The notes under the pieces were generated by a model. That model was not told where the DNA came from. It did not search any database and was given only the letters and a program-made list of their open reading frames with translations. The position numbers and the translations under genes were made by a program. A stretch of 64,000 bases of DNA from an uncultured Planctomycetia bacterium (lineage in GTDB: Bacteria > Omnitrophota > Gorgyraeia > 1-14-0-20-64-10): the NCBI GenBank assembly GCA_964373715.1, contig CAYJVR010000002.1:5714-69713 (forward strand), read 5' to 3'. Of this stretch, positions 1-8,575 are shown one piece after another; position 1 is the first letter of the stretch; each line of letters opens with the position of its first letter.

Positions 1-125
1 GCTCTCGAGAACGTTTTGATTCCTTACCGGGTGGAGGAAAACAGGGAGCTGCTTTTGAAAAGCGGTTTCAGCGAGTTCGACGTTTTCTTCAAGTGGTACA
101 ACTTCTGCGGAATGATTGCCATCAA

Positions 126-920
126 ATGAGTTCTATCCTACGCCAGGTCAGTGTTGCGGCGGGGAACTTCTTCTTCAAGTACCGGAACGCTATCTTTCCC
201 GTTGTTTTCGTCCTCTTCCTTGTTGTTGTGCGGCCCAGCGTGATATTCGGCGACCCTGTTGTTGACCGCCTGCTGGTGATCTGCGGGTTTGCGGTCGCGC
301 TGGCGGGCGAAGCGGTGCGGCTGTCAACGATCGGGTTTGAGTACATAGAGCGAGGCGGCAAGCAGGGGAAGGTGTACGCCAGCTTCCTCGTGCGCAAAGG
401 GGTTTACGGCATCAGCCGGAACCCGATGTACGTCGGCAACATGCTGATCGGCGTAGGGATTGTCATGGCCAGCGGCGCGCCTGCGGCCTACGTGACGGTG
501 ATTCCGTTCTTCGCGTTTGTTTATCACGCGATTACCTCGGCGGAGGAAGAATTCCTTCGCAAGAAGTTCGGGGCGGCCTACGAGGAGTACTGCGCCCGTG
601 TTCCCCGGTTTCTCCCGGCCTTAAGCGGTTTCCGGGAGGCTTTTTCCGGGGTGCGGTTCGACCTGAAGAGGCCTTTTAAGCAAGACTTGAGCACAATCAC
701 CTGGATTGCCATGGTTCTTACGGCGCTCCCTTTTTGGAGAGCCTATTTTCTCCATGGCTGGGATTTTACCAGGAGGCAGGCCATTCAAACAGGCGCCGCA
801 GAACTGGCGATAGCGGCTCTCTACGGCCTGTTGGCTTTTCTCAAGAAGCGGAAATCCCCCTTATTCTATCCGCGGGAGGAGCGCAATCCGGAAAAACAGG
901 CTGTTTCAGGCGGCGTCTAG
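126..920 (+). CDS. Membrane methyltransferase of the isoprenylcysteine carboxyl methyltransferase / phospholipid methyltransferase family
   Basis: Several hydrophobic helices; the motif '[11 protein letters not shown]' (RNPMY) is the hallmark of the ICMT/PEMT family. The track ORF starts at 93 and ATG 126 is an alternative; I cannot decide between them. Confidence 0.5.
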   Translation: MSSILRQVSVAAGNFFFKYRNAIFPVVFVLFLVVVRPSVIFGDPVVDRLLVICGFAVALAGEAVRLSTIGFEYIERGGKQGKVYASFLVRKGVYGISRNPMYVGNMLIGVGIVMASGAPAAYVTVIPFFAFVYHAITSAEEEFLRKKFGAAYEEYCARVPRFLPALSGFREAFSGVRFDLKRPFKQDLSTITWIAMVLTALPFWRAYFLHGWDFTRRQAIQTGAAELAIAALYGLLAFLKKRKSPLFYPREERNPEKQAVSGGV

Positions 921-936
921 CGGGTTCGCGCCTCCG

Positions 937-2889
937 ATGAGATCCCGCGTCATTTTTCGCCCCAGATTCTTTATTCCGTTTACTCTCCTTCTCTGCCTGA
1001 TTTTTCCCGCCGCGCCCGCTCTGGCCGATGAAAGAATCCGCCGGTTCCACAGCCAGATCACCGTCCATCCGGATGCCAGCCTGACGGTCCAGGAGACGAT
1101 TGAGGCCCACAGCGAAGGGATTGAAATCCGGCACGGCATCTACCGGGATTTCCCGACCGATTACCGGGACCGGTTCGGCAACCGCTCTATCGTGGATTTT
1201 TCCGTCAAGCAGGTACTGAGGGACGGCCGCCCTGAGAACTTCCATTTTAAGAGACTTTCCAACGGCACGCGCGTTTATATCGGAAACAAAAACGTCCTCC
1301 TGCCGCCCGGGGATTACACCTATGAGCTGACCTACAAGACGAACCGCCAGATCGGTTTTTTCAAAGAGCAGGACGAGCTGTACTGGAACGTGACCGGCAC
1401 CGGATGGGTTTTCCCGATCGAAGAAGCCTCCGCGTCGGTGGTGCTGCCGAAGCAGGTTTCGAGGGATGACCTCGGCACGGCCGGCTACACCGGCCCGCAA
1501 GGGTCAAGGGCGCAGGCGTTCCAGGCCGCCGTGGAAATGAACGGGACAGTCACGTTTGTCACCACGACGCCGTTGCGGCCCGAAGAGGGGCTGACGGTTG
1601 TCGTCTCGTGGCCGAAGGGGATTGTTGACGAACCGACGTTTTCCGACAAGCTTGGCTATCTGATCCACGATAACCGGGCGCTCCTCATCGGACTGCTTGG
1701 TTTGGCGGCGCTTCTTGCGTACTATCTGGTTGTTTGGTCGAAGGTCGGCCGCGATCCGGAGAAAGGCTCGATCATGCCGGTTTACGAGCCTCCGCGGGGG
1801 CTGTCGCCGGCGGAGATCCGCTACATCATGGAGATGGGTTTCGATCATAAAACGTTTGCGGCGGCGATTATTGACATGGCGGTGAAGAGAGTTCTGACCA
1901 TCAGCCTGGTTGACGGCGATTACGTGCTGCACCTCTCCAGGGAAGGTACCGATGGGAAAGCCCTTGCCCCGGAAGAGGAGGAGATAGAGGGGTGGTTTTT
2001 TGCCGGTTCCAGAAGGAGGTTTGCCCTGCAGCAAAGCAACCACGATCTCATCTCAAACGCGCTCCGGGCCGTTAAGAAATCGCTAAAAAAAAGGAATGAA
2101 AGGGTCTATTTTCTGACGAACAGCCGGTACCTCATCCCGGGTCTTGCGATCACCGCCGTCACGGTTGTTTTAAGCGTTCTCGCCCAGTCCCCCCAGGTCA
2201 CGTTCGCCCTGCTTTTTTTCTCTGTGTGGCTGACGATCTGGACGACCGGTGTCGTGATGCTCAGTCTTCAGGCCGCCTCTCTGTGGCGCGAGGTTTTCAG
2301 CGGCCGGGGAGGGGTGGGGAAAACCGGTTCAGCCCTTTTGCACACTCTTTTTGCGGTTCCCTTTTGGGCGGCGGAGATAGTCGTGTTGGTCATGGTCTCG
2401 GTCATGGTCAGTTTTATGCTTATCGTTGTTTTGTTGGTTTTGGTCGGAGTCAGCCTCCTTTTCTATCATCTGCTGAAAGCTCCGACCGGGGCAGGCAGAC
2501 AACTGATGGACAAGATAGAAGGGTTCAAAATGTTTCTGGCTGCGGTGGAAAAGGAGAGGCTCAATTTCTTGAACCCTCCGGGAAAGACGCCGGAGCTGTT
2601 TGAAAAATACCTCCCGTACGCGCTTGCGCTCGGCGTCGAGCAGGCCTGGTCCGAACAGTTTTCCAAAGTGCTCGCCGCGGCGGGGAAAGCGGGCGGAGGC
2701 TACACGCCGGCATGGTATTATGGAGCCGATTGGAACTCCTTCAGCTCGGGCAATTTCGCCTCGTCGCTCGGGAATTCTTTATCCTCCGCGATTGCCTCCT
2801 CCTCCACGGCGCCCGGATCAAGTTCCGGCGGTGGCGGCGGTGGGTCTTCCGGTGGCGGAGGAGGAGGCGGAGGAGGGGGCGGCTGGTAG
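937..2889 (+). CDS. DUF2207-like (YciQ-type) membrane protein with signal peptide, extracytoplasmic N-domain, TM block and C-terminal poly-Gly tail
   Basis: N-terminal signal sequence (LLLCLIFPAAPALA); ~230-aa soluble domain, then several TM helices; C-terminal SSGGGGGGSSGGGGGGGGGGGW tail typical of DUF2207 proteins. Confidence 0.5.
   Translation: MRSRVIFRPRFFIPFTLLLCLIFPAAPALADERIRRFHSQITVHPDASLTVQETIEAHSEGIEIRHGIYRDFPTDYRDRFGNRSIVDFSVKQVLRDGRPENFHFKRLSNGTRVYIGNKNVLLPPGDYTYELTYKTNRQIGFFKEQDELYWNVTGTGWVFPIEEASASVVLPKQVSRDDLGTAGYTGPQGSRAQAFQAAVEMNGTVTFVTTTPLRPEEGLTVVVSWPKGIVDEPTFSDKLGYLIHDNRALLIGLLGLAALLAYYLVVWSKVGRDPEKGSIMPVYEPPRGLSPAEIRYIMEMGFDHKTFAAAIIDMAVKRVLTISLVDGDYVLHLSREGTDGKALAPEEEEIEGWFFAGSRRRFALQQSNHDLISNALRAVKKSLKKRNERVYFLTNSRYLIPGLAITAVTVVLSVLAQSPQVTFALLFFSVWLTIWTTGVVMLSLQAASLWREVFSGRGGVGKTGSALLHTLFAVPFWAAEIVVLVMVSVMVSFMLIVVLLVLVGVSLLFYHLLKAPTGAGRQLMDKIEGFKMFLAAVEKERLNFLNPPGKTPELFEKYLPYALALGVEQAWSEQFSKVLAAAGKAGGGYTPAWYYGADWNSFSSGNFASSLGNSLSSAIASSSTAPGSSSGGGGGGSSGGGGGGGGGGGW
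2821..2886 (+). repeat. GGN trinucleotide-rich low-complexity tract encoding the poly-Gly tail (poly-Pro on the antisense strand)
   Basis: Direct reading: ggcggtggcggcggtgggtcttccggtggcggaggaggaggcggaggagggggcggc. Confidence 0.6.
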
Positions 2890-2928
2890 CGCCGGAAGGT
2901 CATCTTCACAGAAGACAAGGGGGTTTTT

Positions 2929-3720
2929 ATGAAAAGATACGGGATTCTTGATGCGCTCTATATGTCTTTTTATTCAAAACCACTGTACGCGGATGTGGCC
3001 TATTCCTGGAAAGGGGCGGGCTTAAGCTTTCTTCTCGTGCTGACGGTGTTTATCGCTCTTGTCTCTGGGGCACAGATTAACGCGGGGCTGCAGAAATTCG
3101 TTCATCAAGAGGCCCCGGCCATCACCGCCCAGATTCCGGAGATCACGATCTCGAAAGGGAAACTATCCACCCCGGAGCCGCGGCCGTATCTCATCAAAGA
3201 CCCGAAATCAGACCAGTTGGTCGCTGTTATTGACGCGACCCGCACGGATATTCCGGGCGATCTGGAGGGGGCGTATGTTTTTGCGGGAAGTTCCAGGGTG
3301 GTCGTCCGGAAAAGCGAAGCGGAGACACGGATTTACGACCTGGATAAGATTGACCAGTTTGTCCTGAACCAGAAAAGGATGGCTGGCTGGCTGAAGATGC
3401 TTGGAATGTGGGGTACCCCTGCGATTCTCCCGTTTGTCGTCTTTTTCTTTTTTATCGGTAAAGTTGCGCAGGCACTTTTTTTCTCTCTATGGGCGATTTT
3501 CCTCTGCAGGATCCTTCAGGTTTCTTTAGGGTACCGGGCGGTGTTCCGTTTAACCGTGGTCGCAATGACGCCCTCTTCGGTTGCCGGCCTTTTGTTTGAT
3601 GTCGCGCAGCTGAAGCTTGGGGTTTTGGTTTCCGTGCTTGCAGCCGGGTTTATCTATTTAGCGGTCCGTTCGGCGAAGGATGCCCCGGCAGAGGCGCCGT
3701 CTGGTCAAGGGGCTCTTTGA
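2929..3720 (+). CDS. Hypothetical polytopic membrane protein
   Basis: 263-aa ORF with at least four hydrophobic segments; SD-like ggggg upstream; no motif I can name. Confidence 0.4.
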   Translation: MKRYGILDALYMSFYSKPLYADVAYSWKGAGLSFLLVLTVFIALVSGAQINAGLQKFVHQEAPAITAQIPEITISKGKLSTPEPRPYLIKDPKSDQLVAVIDATRTDIPGDLEGAYVFAGSSRVVVRKSEAETRIYDLDKIDQFVLNQKRMAGWLKMLGMWGTPAILPFVVFFFFIGKVAQALFFSLWAIFLCRILQVSLGYRAVFRLTVVAMTPSSVAGLLFDVAQLKLGVLVSVLAAGFIYLAVRSAKDAPAEAPSGQGAL

Positions 3721-3752
3721 GAATCGGGTCGTATTTCTCCTCGTAGAAGCGT

Positions 3753-3758
3753 ATAATG
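3753..3758 (+). promoter_or_regulatory. TATAAT -10-like hexamer 5 nt upstream of the helicase ATG (possible leaderless transcript)
   Basis: gcgTATAATgtctctATG; no Shine-Dalgarno sequence between hexamer and start codon. Confidence 0.2.
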
Positions 3759-3763
3759 TCTCT

Positions 3764-5047
3764 ATGGGTACATTTGAAAACGGAGATGGGCTGGGGACGT
3801 TTGAAGCCCTCGGGCTCCACCCCAATCTGCTCAAGGGGATTCACGATCTCGGATTCCTCCATCCCACTCCGATACAAGCCAAAGCCATCCCGATTATCTT
3901 GGCCGGACGTGACCTGATCGGGTGCGCCCAGACCGGCACCGGCAAGACGGCGGCTTTCGTCCTGCCGATCCTTCACAAACTGCTTCAGCGCAAAGGAGGC
4001 AAGAACTTAAGGTCCCTCATTATCGCGCCGACCCGCGAACTGGCGCTGCAGTCTATGGACCATCTCAAGGACCTTTCCCGGTATGTCCACCTGAAAGGTG
4101 CGGCTATTTTCGGCGGCGTGCCGATGCAGCCGCAAATCTCGGCGCTTGCCCACGGGGTGGATATCGTGGCCGCCACGCCGGGGCGCCTACTGGACCACCT
4201 TTATTCCGGTCGGATCGATTTCGTGGATCTCGAGGTTCTTGTTTTGGATGAAGCCGACCGGATGCTGGACATGGGTTTTCTCCCAGACATCCAAAAAATC
4301 CTCCGGATGCTTCCTCAGAAACGGCAGAGCTTGATGTTTTCCGCGACGATGCCGCCGGAAATCCTCACGCTCGCCCATCAGATTCTCAGCAATCCGATGA
4401 CCGTCCAGATCGGCCACCGGTCCACGCCGGCGTCCGGAATCCGCCACGCGGTTTATCCGGTGCCGCGCCATCTGAAAATGGAACTGTTGGTTGAGCTGTT
4501 AAATCAACAGGGGATGAACTCCGTTCTCGTATTCATCCGGACAAAACACTCGGCGGACAGGGTGGCACATGATTTGCTCCGGCGGGGAATCCGGGTCTCG
4601 GTTCTTCACGGGAACCGCAGCCAAGGGCAGAGGCTTCAAGCGCTGGACCAGTTCCGTCAGGGGCGGGCTCAAGTCATGGTGGCAACCGACATTGCGGCGC
4701 GAGGCATTGACGTGGAAGAGATCAGCCACGTGATCAATTACGACGTCCCTCATACGCCGGACGACTACATCCATCGAGTTGGCCGGACCGGCCGGGCGGA
4801 TGCCGTCGGCGATGCCTTCACGCTGGTAGACCGGGAGGAAGAATCGACGATCCGCCAGATTGAACAGGTGCTGCGCAAGACTTTGCCCCGAGTGACTTTG
4901 CCGAACTTTGATTACAAGAAACCGGGAGAAAGAAGGCAGGTCTCCCGTCAGCCGCGCGGCCACAGCGGGTTTCAGAGAAACCGCGGTGAAAGCGCAGGCG
5001 GCCGGGGTGCCTCTTTTCGCCGCCGGACAGGTGGTCCAAGACGATGA
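3764..5047 (+). CDS. DEAD-box ATP-dependent RNA helicase with RGG-rich C-terminal tail
   Basis: Q motif GFLHPTPIQ, motif I AQTGTGKTAAF, Ia PTRELA, II DEADRM, III SAT, VI HRVGRTGRA; basic RG/RGG-rich C-terminus. The track ORF starts at 3680 but overlaps the upstream gene, so ATG 3764 is preferred. Confidence 0.85.
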   Translation: MGTFENGDGLGTFEALGLHPNLLKGIHDLGFLHPTPIQAKAIPIILAGRDLIGCAQTGTGKTAAFVLPILHKLLQRKGGKNLRSLIIAPTRELALQSMDHLKDLSRYVHLKGAAIFGGVPMQPQISALAHGVDIVAATPGRLLDHLYSGRIDFVDLEVLVLDEADRMLDMGFLPDIQKILRMLPQKRQSLMFSATMPPEILTLAHQILSNPMTVQIGHRSTPASGIRHAVYPVPRHLKMELLVELLNQQGMNSVLVFIRTKHSADRVAHDLLRRGIRVSVLHGNRSQGQRLQALDQFRQGRAQVMVATDIAARGIDVEEISHVINYDVPHTPDDYIHRVGRTGRADAVGDAFTLVDREEESTIRQIEQVLRKTLPRVTLPNFDYKKPGERRQVSRQPRGHSGFQRNRGESAGGRGASFRRRTGGPRR

Positions 5048-5079
5048 TTCGGTTTCCGCGAACTTCCGGAGGTCAGACA

Positions 5080-5319
5080 ATGAAAACCGCTAAGAGAAAA
5101 CGGGTTCTCAAGTTTCGGCCGTTGGAGCAGTGGCAGCTGGACATATTAGCTGAATCCGAATCGGAGAGAAAAAAGAGCTCAAAGAAGTAATTCCCGCCAG
5201 TTGGTTTATCCATAGGGAGCGGTCCTATCCTCGCTGATATGAACCATCCGCTGGCGGGTAAGACGCTGGATTTCAAAATCAAGGTTGTTTCCATCACCTC
5301 GCCTCCTGCCGATAAGTAA
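5080..5319 (+). pseudogene. Remnant of a SlyD-type FKBP peptidyl-prolyl isomerase gene (intact RBS and start, in-frame stop, internal loss, conserved C-terminal strand)
   Basis: GGAGG then 7 nt then ATG; MKTAK... resembles the SlyD N-terminus MK[VI]AK; TAA at 5188-5190; the same frame continues ...DMNHPLAGKTLDFKIKVVSI*, matching the SlyD/FKBP C-terminal signature (E. coli SlyD DGNHMLAGQNLKFNVEVVAI). Total ~79 codons versus ~150 for an intact FKBP domain. Confidence 0.35.
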
Positions 5320-5335
5320 AACCTCCCGCGAGCGC

Positions 5336-5392
5336 CCCCTTACCCTGCCCTCTCCCCTGAGGGGAGAGGATAAAGGTGAGGGGATGGTTGTG
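5336..5392. other. GC-rich imperfect hairpin with a perfect 9-bp core (CCTCTCCCC tga GGGGAGAGG)
   Basis: Direct reading: 5349-5357 is the reverse complement of 5361-5369; the flanks CCCCTTACCCTG / ATAAAGGTGAGGGG are partly complementary. Confidence 0.4.
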
Positions 5393-5431
5393 TTGGAGAA
5401 AAGGAAGATTGCTTCGTTGCTGGGGGCGACG

Positions 5432-5443
5432 AGCGATGCATCG
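5432..5443. promoter_or_regulatory. Perfect 12-bp palindrome GCGATGCATCGC
   Basis: Self-complementary on direct reading; sits in the intergenic region upstream of the outer-membrane-protein gene. Confidence 0.25.
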
Positions 5444-5475
5444 CCGGAGTTCCCCGAGGCGGAGCAAACTAGGCC

Positions 5476-5559
5476 ACTACCAAAATTTGGTAGTTATTGC
5501 GCTTGATGAATTTATAGAGTAAATTGACAAGGTATTTGCTGGATGTGAGAATAACCGCT
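5476..5559 (+). promoter_or_regulatory. Candidate operator (near-palindrome CTACCAAAATTTGGTAG) followed by a sigma70-like promoter (TTGACA-17 nt-GAGAAT) for the 5618 gene
   Basis: 17-bp near-palindrome at 5476-5492; TTGACA at 5525-5530; 17-nt spacer; GAGAAT at 5548-5553; the only AT-rich stretch in the region. Confidence 0.3.
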
Positions 5560-5617
5560 AAAGCAGGGAGGATTTTCCGTCAACACCAGTCGCTTTAGAC
5601 GTGGAATCAGCGTCATC

Positions 5618-6997
5618 TTGGCGTTCTCTCTTCTCTTTTTTGCCGCCCCCGTTTTTTCCCAGAACGAGTACGAAAGCGAAGTTCCTTCCCGCGAAACGGA
5701 AGCCCAGGCGAAAGCGCGGAAGACAGCCGCTCAGGCGCGGCAGCGCGTTCCCTTCGAAGGAAAGCAGGTGACCTACGAGCAGGTTCTCGCCGATCCCGAC
5801 AACATTGGTTTGAATTTCGATTACGCGAAGATACAGATCGTGCGCGGAGACGTTAAGGGGTCTGCGGCGACCCTCGAGAGGCTTCTTTTAGTGAACCCTA
5901 TGCTGGAGAAGGTTCGCCTCCTCTACGGGGTTGTTCTTTTCCGGCTCGACAATTTGGAAGAGGCCGAACGGATGCTTGACAGCGTGCGGGAGATGAAGAT
6001 TACAGACTCCCTGCGCGGGGAGGTGGATAATTATCTGCGCCAAATCCACCTGCGCCGCAAACGGACTCGCTGGACGGCCAGCGTAACCGCCGGGTTTGAA
6101 TTTGATTCGAACCGGAACGCCGCCTCCTCCTCAAAACAACGTTTGGTGGCGGATGCGCCGACAGGGTTGGGATCAAGCTCCCGAAAAAGGGATACGAGCT
6201 TCCTTGGGATCCAGAGCTTTAAGGTGTCCCATGATTTGGGGACTCAAGCGGGGCATCAGTTGTTCGCATCGTTCGACCATTTTCTTCAGGAGCAGACAGT
6301 GGTGAATTCCTTGGATCTGGAGTCCTTTTCGGGGGAGGCCGGCGGCTCCTTTAAGATCGGTCCCGCTGTTTTCACCCCTTCCGCCGAGATAGGCAACATC
6401 CGCCTTTCGAGAGAAACGTTCCTGCGGACGCAGGGAGGCGCCCTGCGCCTGGACCGGCGGGTCAACGAAAAGTGGGTTCTTTTTTGCAACGGGCGGTGGG
6501 TTCGGGAGGATTACACCGGCATTTCGGAGAACTCCGCCGCTCCGCAGCGGCGCGGGCACCGGGCAACTATGGAGCTTGGAACCAACTATGTGCTGAACCC
6601 GGCAATGCGGATTGACGTGAGCGGCAGCCTCATCACCAAATATGCGAAAGCGGCCTACTACGAGTATGACGGCTATGTTGCACAAGCGGGCCACACCTGG
6701 CTGCCAGGCAAGGGCCAGTTTCTGACGAACAGTTTTTCCTACGAGATGGATGCGTATGATGATCCGGATTTTGCCATCAGCGCCCGGACGCGGCGGGATG
6801 AAAAGTACCGGTACCGCCTGACATACGGGGCGCCCGTTTCTTTCTTTATAGGGAAAAAGATACTGCCTAAATTCATTCTGGATGACCTGACGGCAACGGT
6901 GATCTACGAACAATTTAGAGCGATATCCAACGTACAGAATTACACCTACACGAATTCAAAGGCAGTGGTCCTGTTAACAAAAACCGTGGAGTTTTAG
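5618..6997 (+). CDS. Outer-membrane beta-barrel protein with N-terminal TPR-like helical domain (architecture like Slam/DUF560 or FapF-type secretion pores)
   Basis: Signal peptide (LLFFAAPVFS/QN); ~130-aa helical TPR-like region; alternating hydrophobic beta-strand pattern; C-terminus ...KTVEF ends in Phe, the classic OMP beta-signal. Confidence 0.55.
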   Translation: MAFSLLFFAAPVFSQNEYESEVPSRETEAQAKARKTAAQARQRVPFEGKQVTYEQVLADPDNIGLNFDYAKIQIVRGDVKGSAATLERLLLVNPMLEKVRLLYGVVLFRLDNLEEAERMLDSVREMKITDSLRGEVDNYLRQIHLRRKRTRWTASVTAGFEFDSNRNAASSSKQRLVADAPTGLGSSSRKRDTSFLGIQSFKVSHDLGTQAGHQLFASFDHFLQEQTVVNSLDLESFSGEAGGSFKIGPAVFTPSAEIGNIRLSRETFLRTQGGALRLDRRVNEKWVLFCNGRWVREDYTGISENSAAPQRRGHRATMELGTNYVLNPAMRIDVSGSLITKYAKAAYYEYDGYVAQAGHTWLPGKGQFLTNSFSYEMDAYDDPDFAISARTRRDEKYRYRLTYGAPVSFFIGKKILPKFILDDLTATVIYEQFRAISNVQNYTYTNSKAVVLLTKTVEF

Positions 6998-6999
6998 CC

Positions 7000-8574
7000 A
7001 TGCCGAAATGCCGATTGCTGTTGCGCGTGTTTTTCGTGTCAGCGGCGCTTCTGACAGCCTTGCCGGCGTGGGCCCAGCCCGCTCTTCCGGCCGGGATTCC
7101 CTCAGCCGCGCCGGAGGGAGCAGTCCGGGTGGGAGTGGCGGCGGCCGTCAAGGGAACGGTGGAGATTACCCCCCCAGGAGCTGTCGGAAGAATCGCCGCA
7201 AGCGGCCAGCCGATTTTCTTGGGAGACACCGTGACGACCAATGCGCAAGGGGTTCTGCAGATCCTTCTTCTCGATGAGACGACGTTTACGATCGGCCCGA
7301 ACAGCGCCATTGTGATCGATGAATTCGTTTATGATCCGGCGACCTCCGCCGGAAAATTGAGCGCCCGGGTAGTTAAGGGAGCGTTCCGGTTCGTCACTGG
7401 GAAAATCGCAAAAAAGAACCCGAAAGACATGGAAGTAAAACTGCCCTCCGGCACCATCGGGATCCGCGGCACGATTGTGGCGGGGTTTGTTCAGGGAGAG
7501 GCAGCCAAAGTGGTCCTTTTGGGGCCCGGGCCGAGAAACAATACCGGAGACCCGCCCGGCCGTATCGTGGTCAGCAACGTGGCGGGCGGGAAGCTCCATG
7601 AGGTGGCGTTGACCCGGCCTGGATTTGGAACGGAGATCAAAGGGGTTGAAGCGATCCCGTCGCCGCCCGCTCAGGTTCCCGAGGCGGAACTGAACACCCT
7701 CCTCAGCGTGTTTCTGAGCCCTCCCCCTCCACCCGAGCAGACGGAGGGGCCGTCGGGAGCCGGCCAGCAGTCTTCTGGTCAGCAGGGATCGCAGACTCCG
7801 GCAGCAGGGGGGGGCTCAACTACGGGACAGTCATCCAACAGTACGGACGGTTCCGCCGGCACCTCTACCGCTGGATCGGGATCGGAGCCGGGGGGGATGA
7901 GCGACTCGGAAGGGGCGCCGCTCGCCGGCGGGTTTTCGGCGGGAGATTCGACAGCGGGATTTTGGACTGAAGGAGGAACAACGAATCTTGGGAACACAGG
8001 AAGTTTTCAGGATCTGACCGGAGGCCTGGGAGATCTTTCTCAGCAGACTGCTCAGTATACGGCCAATCAATCGGCGCAGATGGGTAATCTGATCGCTACC
8101 CAGGAACAGCTCCGGAGCATTCAAACAGGCGTTTTCCACTATAAAACAAACGGAGCGATCGGCTCATTCGTCCAGACGGTGATGAACGGTTTGCCGGTCC
8201 TTATTTCCGGAACGATCAGCGTACAGGTCAACATTGATTTCGGCGCCCGCGAGCTTGCCGGGACCGTTGGAGGGACAAGCCAATCGAAATACACGCTGGA
8301 TACGCTCAGCTACGGAGGAGACATTTCTGCGGCGGACGTTTCCATCAACCCCCAATCGTTTTCCACCGGAACCGGCCCCGCCGTTTTTCAGGATCCTTCG
8401 GGAGGAGTCCATCAGGTGAGCTTGGAGGTCAGGAACATCGATGGGGCTATCGCCAGCGAAGCGCGGATGGGGGTCACTTACAACACCACCTCCACCGATG
8501 GGGCTGCCAACCGGGATGAAGGCTCTACTCCCACATCGGTGGTAATGCAGCGCGAGGCAGGGGCTGCGCCTTAA
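7000..8574 (+). CDS. Secreted FecR-domain protein with long S/G/T/Q-rich low-complexity linker and C-terminal beta-rich domain
   Basis: SPI-type signal peptide (ALPAWA/QP); FecR-like domain (VKGTVEI...GDTVTTNAQGVLQILLLDETTFTIGPNSAIVIDEFVYDP...FRFVTGKI...GTIGIRGT); ~150-aa S/G/T/Q-rich region; starts 3 nt after the upstream gene. Confidence 0.6.
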   Translation: MPKCRLLLRVFFVSAALLTALPAWAQPALPAGIPSAAPEGAVRVGVAAAVKGTVEITPPGAVGRIAASGQPIFLGDTVTTNAQGVLQILLLDETTFTIGPNSAIVIDEFVYDPATSAGKLSARVVKGAFRFVTGKIAKKNPKDMEVKLPSGTIGIRGTIVAGFVQGEAAKVVLLGPGPRNNTGDPPGRIVVSNVAGGKLHEVALTRPGFGTEIKGVEAIPSPPAQVPEAELNTLLSVFLSPPPPPEQTEGPSGAGQQSSGQQGSQTPAAGGGSTTGQSSNSTDGSAGTSTAGSGSEPGGMSDSEGAPLAGGFSAGDSTAGFWTEGGTTNLGNTGSFQDLTGGLGDLSQQTAQYTANQSAQMGNLIATQEQLRSIQTGVFHYKTNGAIGSFVQTVMNGLPVLISGTISVQVNIDFGARELAGTVGGTSQSKYTLDTLSYGGDISAADVSINPQSFSTGTGPAVFQDPSGGVHQVSLEVRNIDGAIASEARMGVTYNTTSTDGAANRDEGSTPTSVVMQREAGAAP

Positions 8575-8575
8575 A

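Noticed and set aside
2718-2918. Minus-strand ORF encoding a poly-proline run (PPPPPPPPPPP)
   Set aside because: It is the mirror image of the GGN repeat encoding the poly-Gly tail of the DUF2207 protein; it is not an independent gene.
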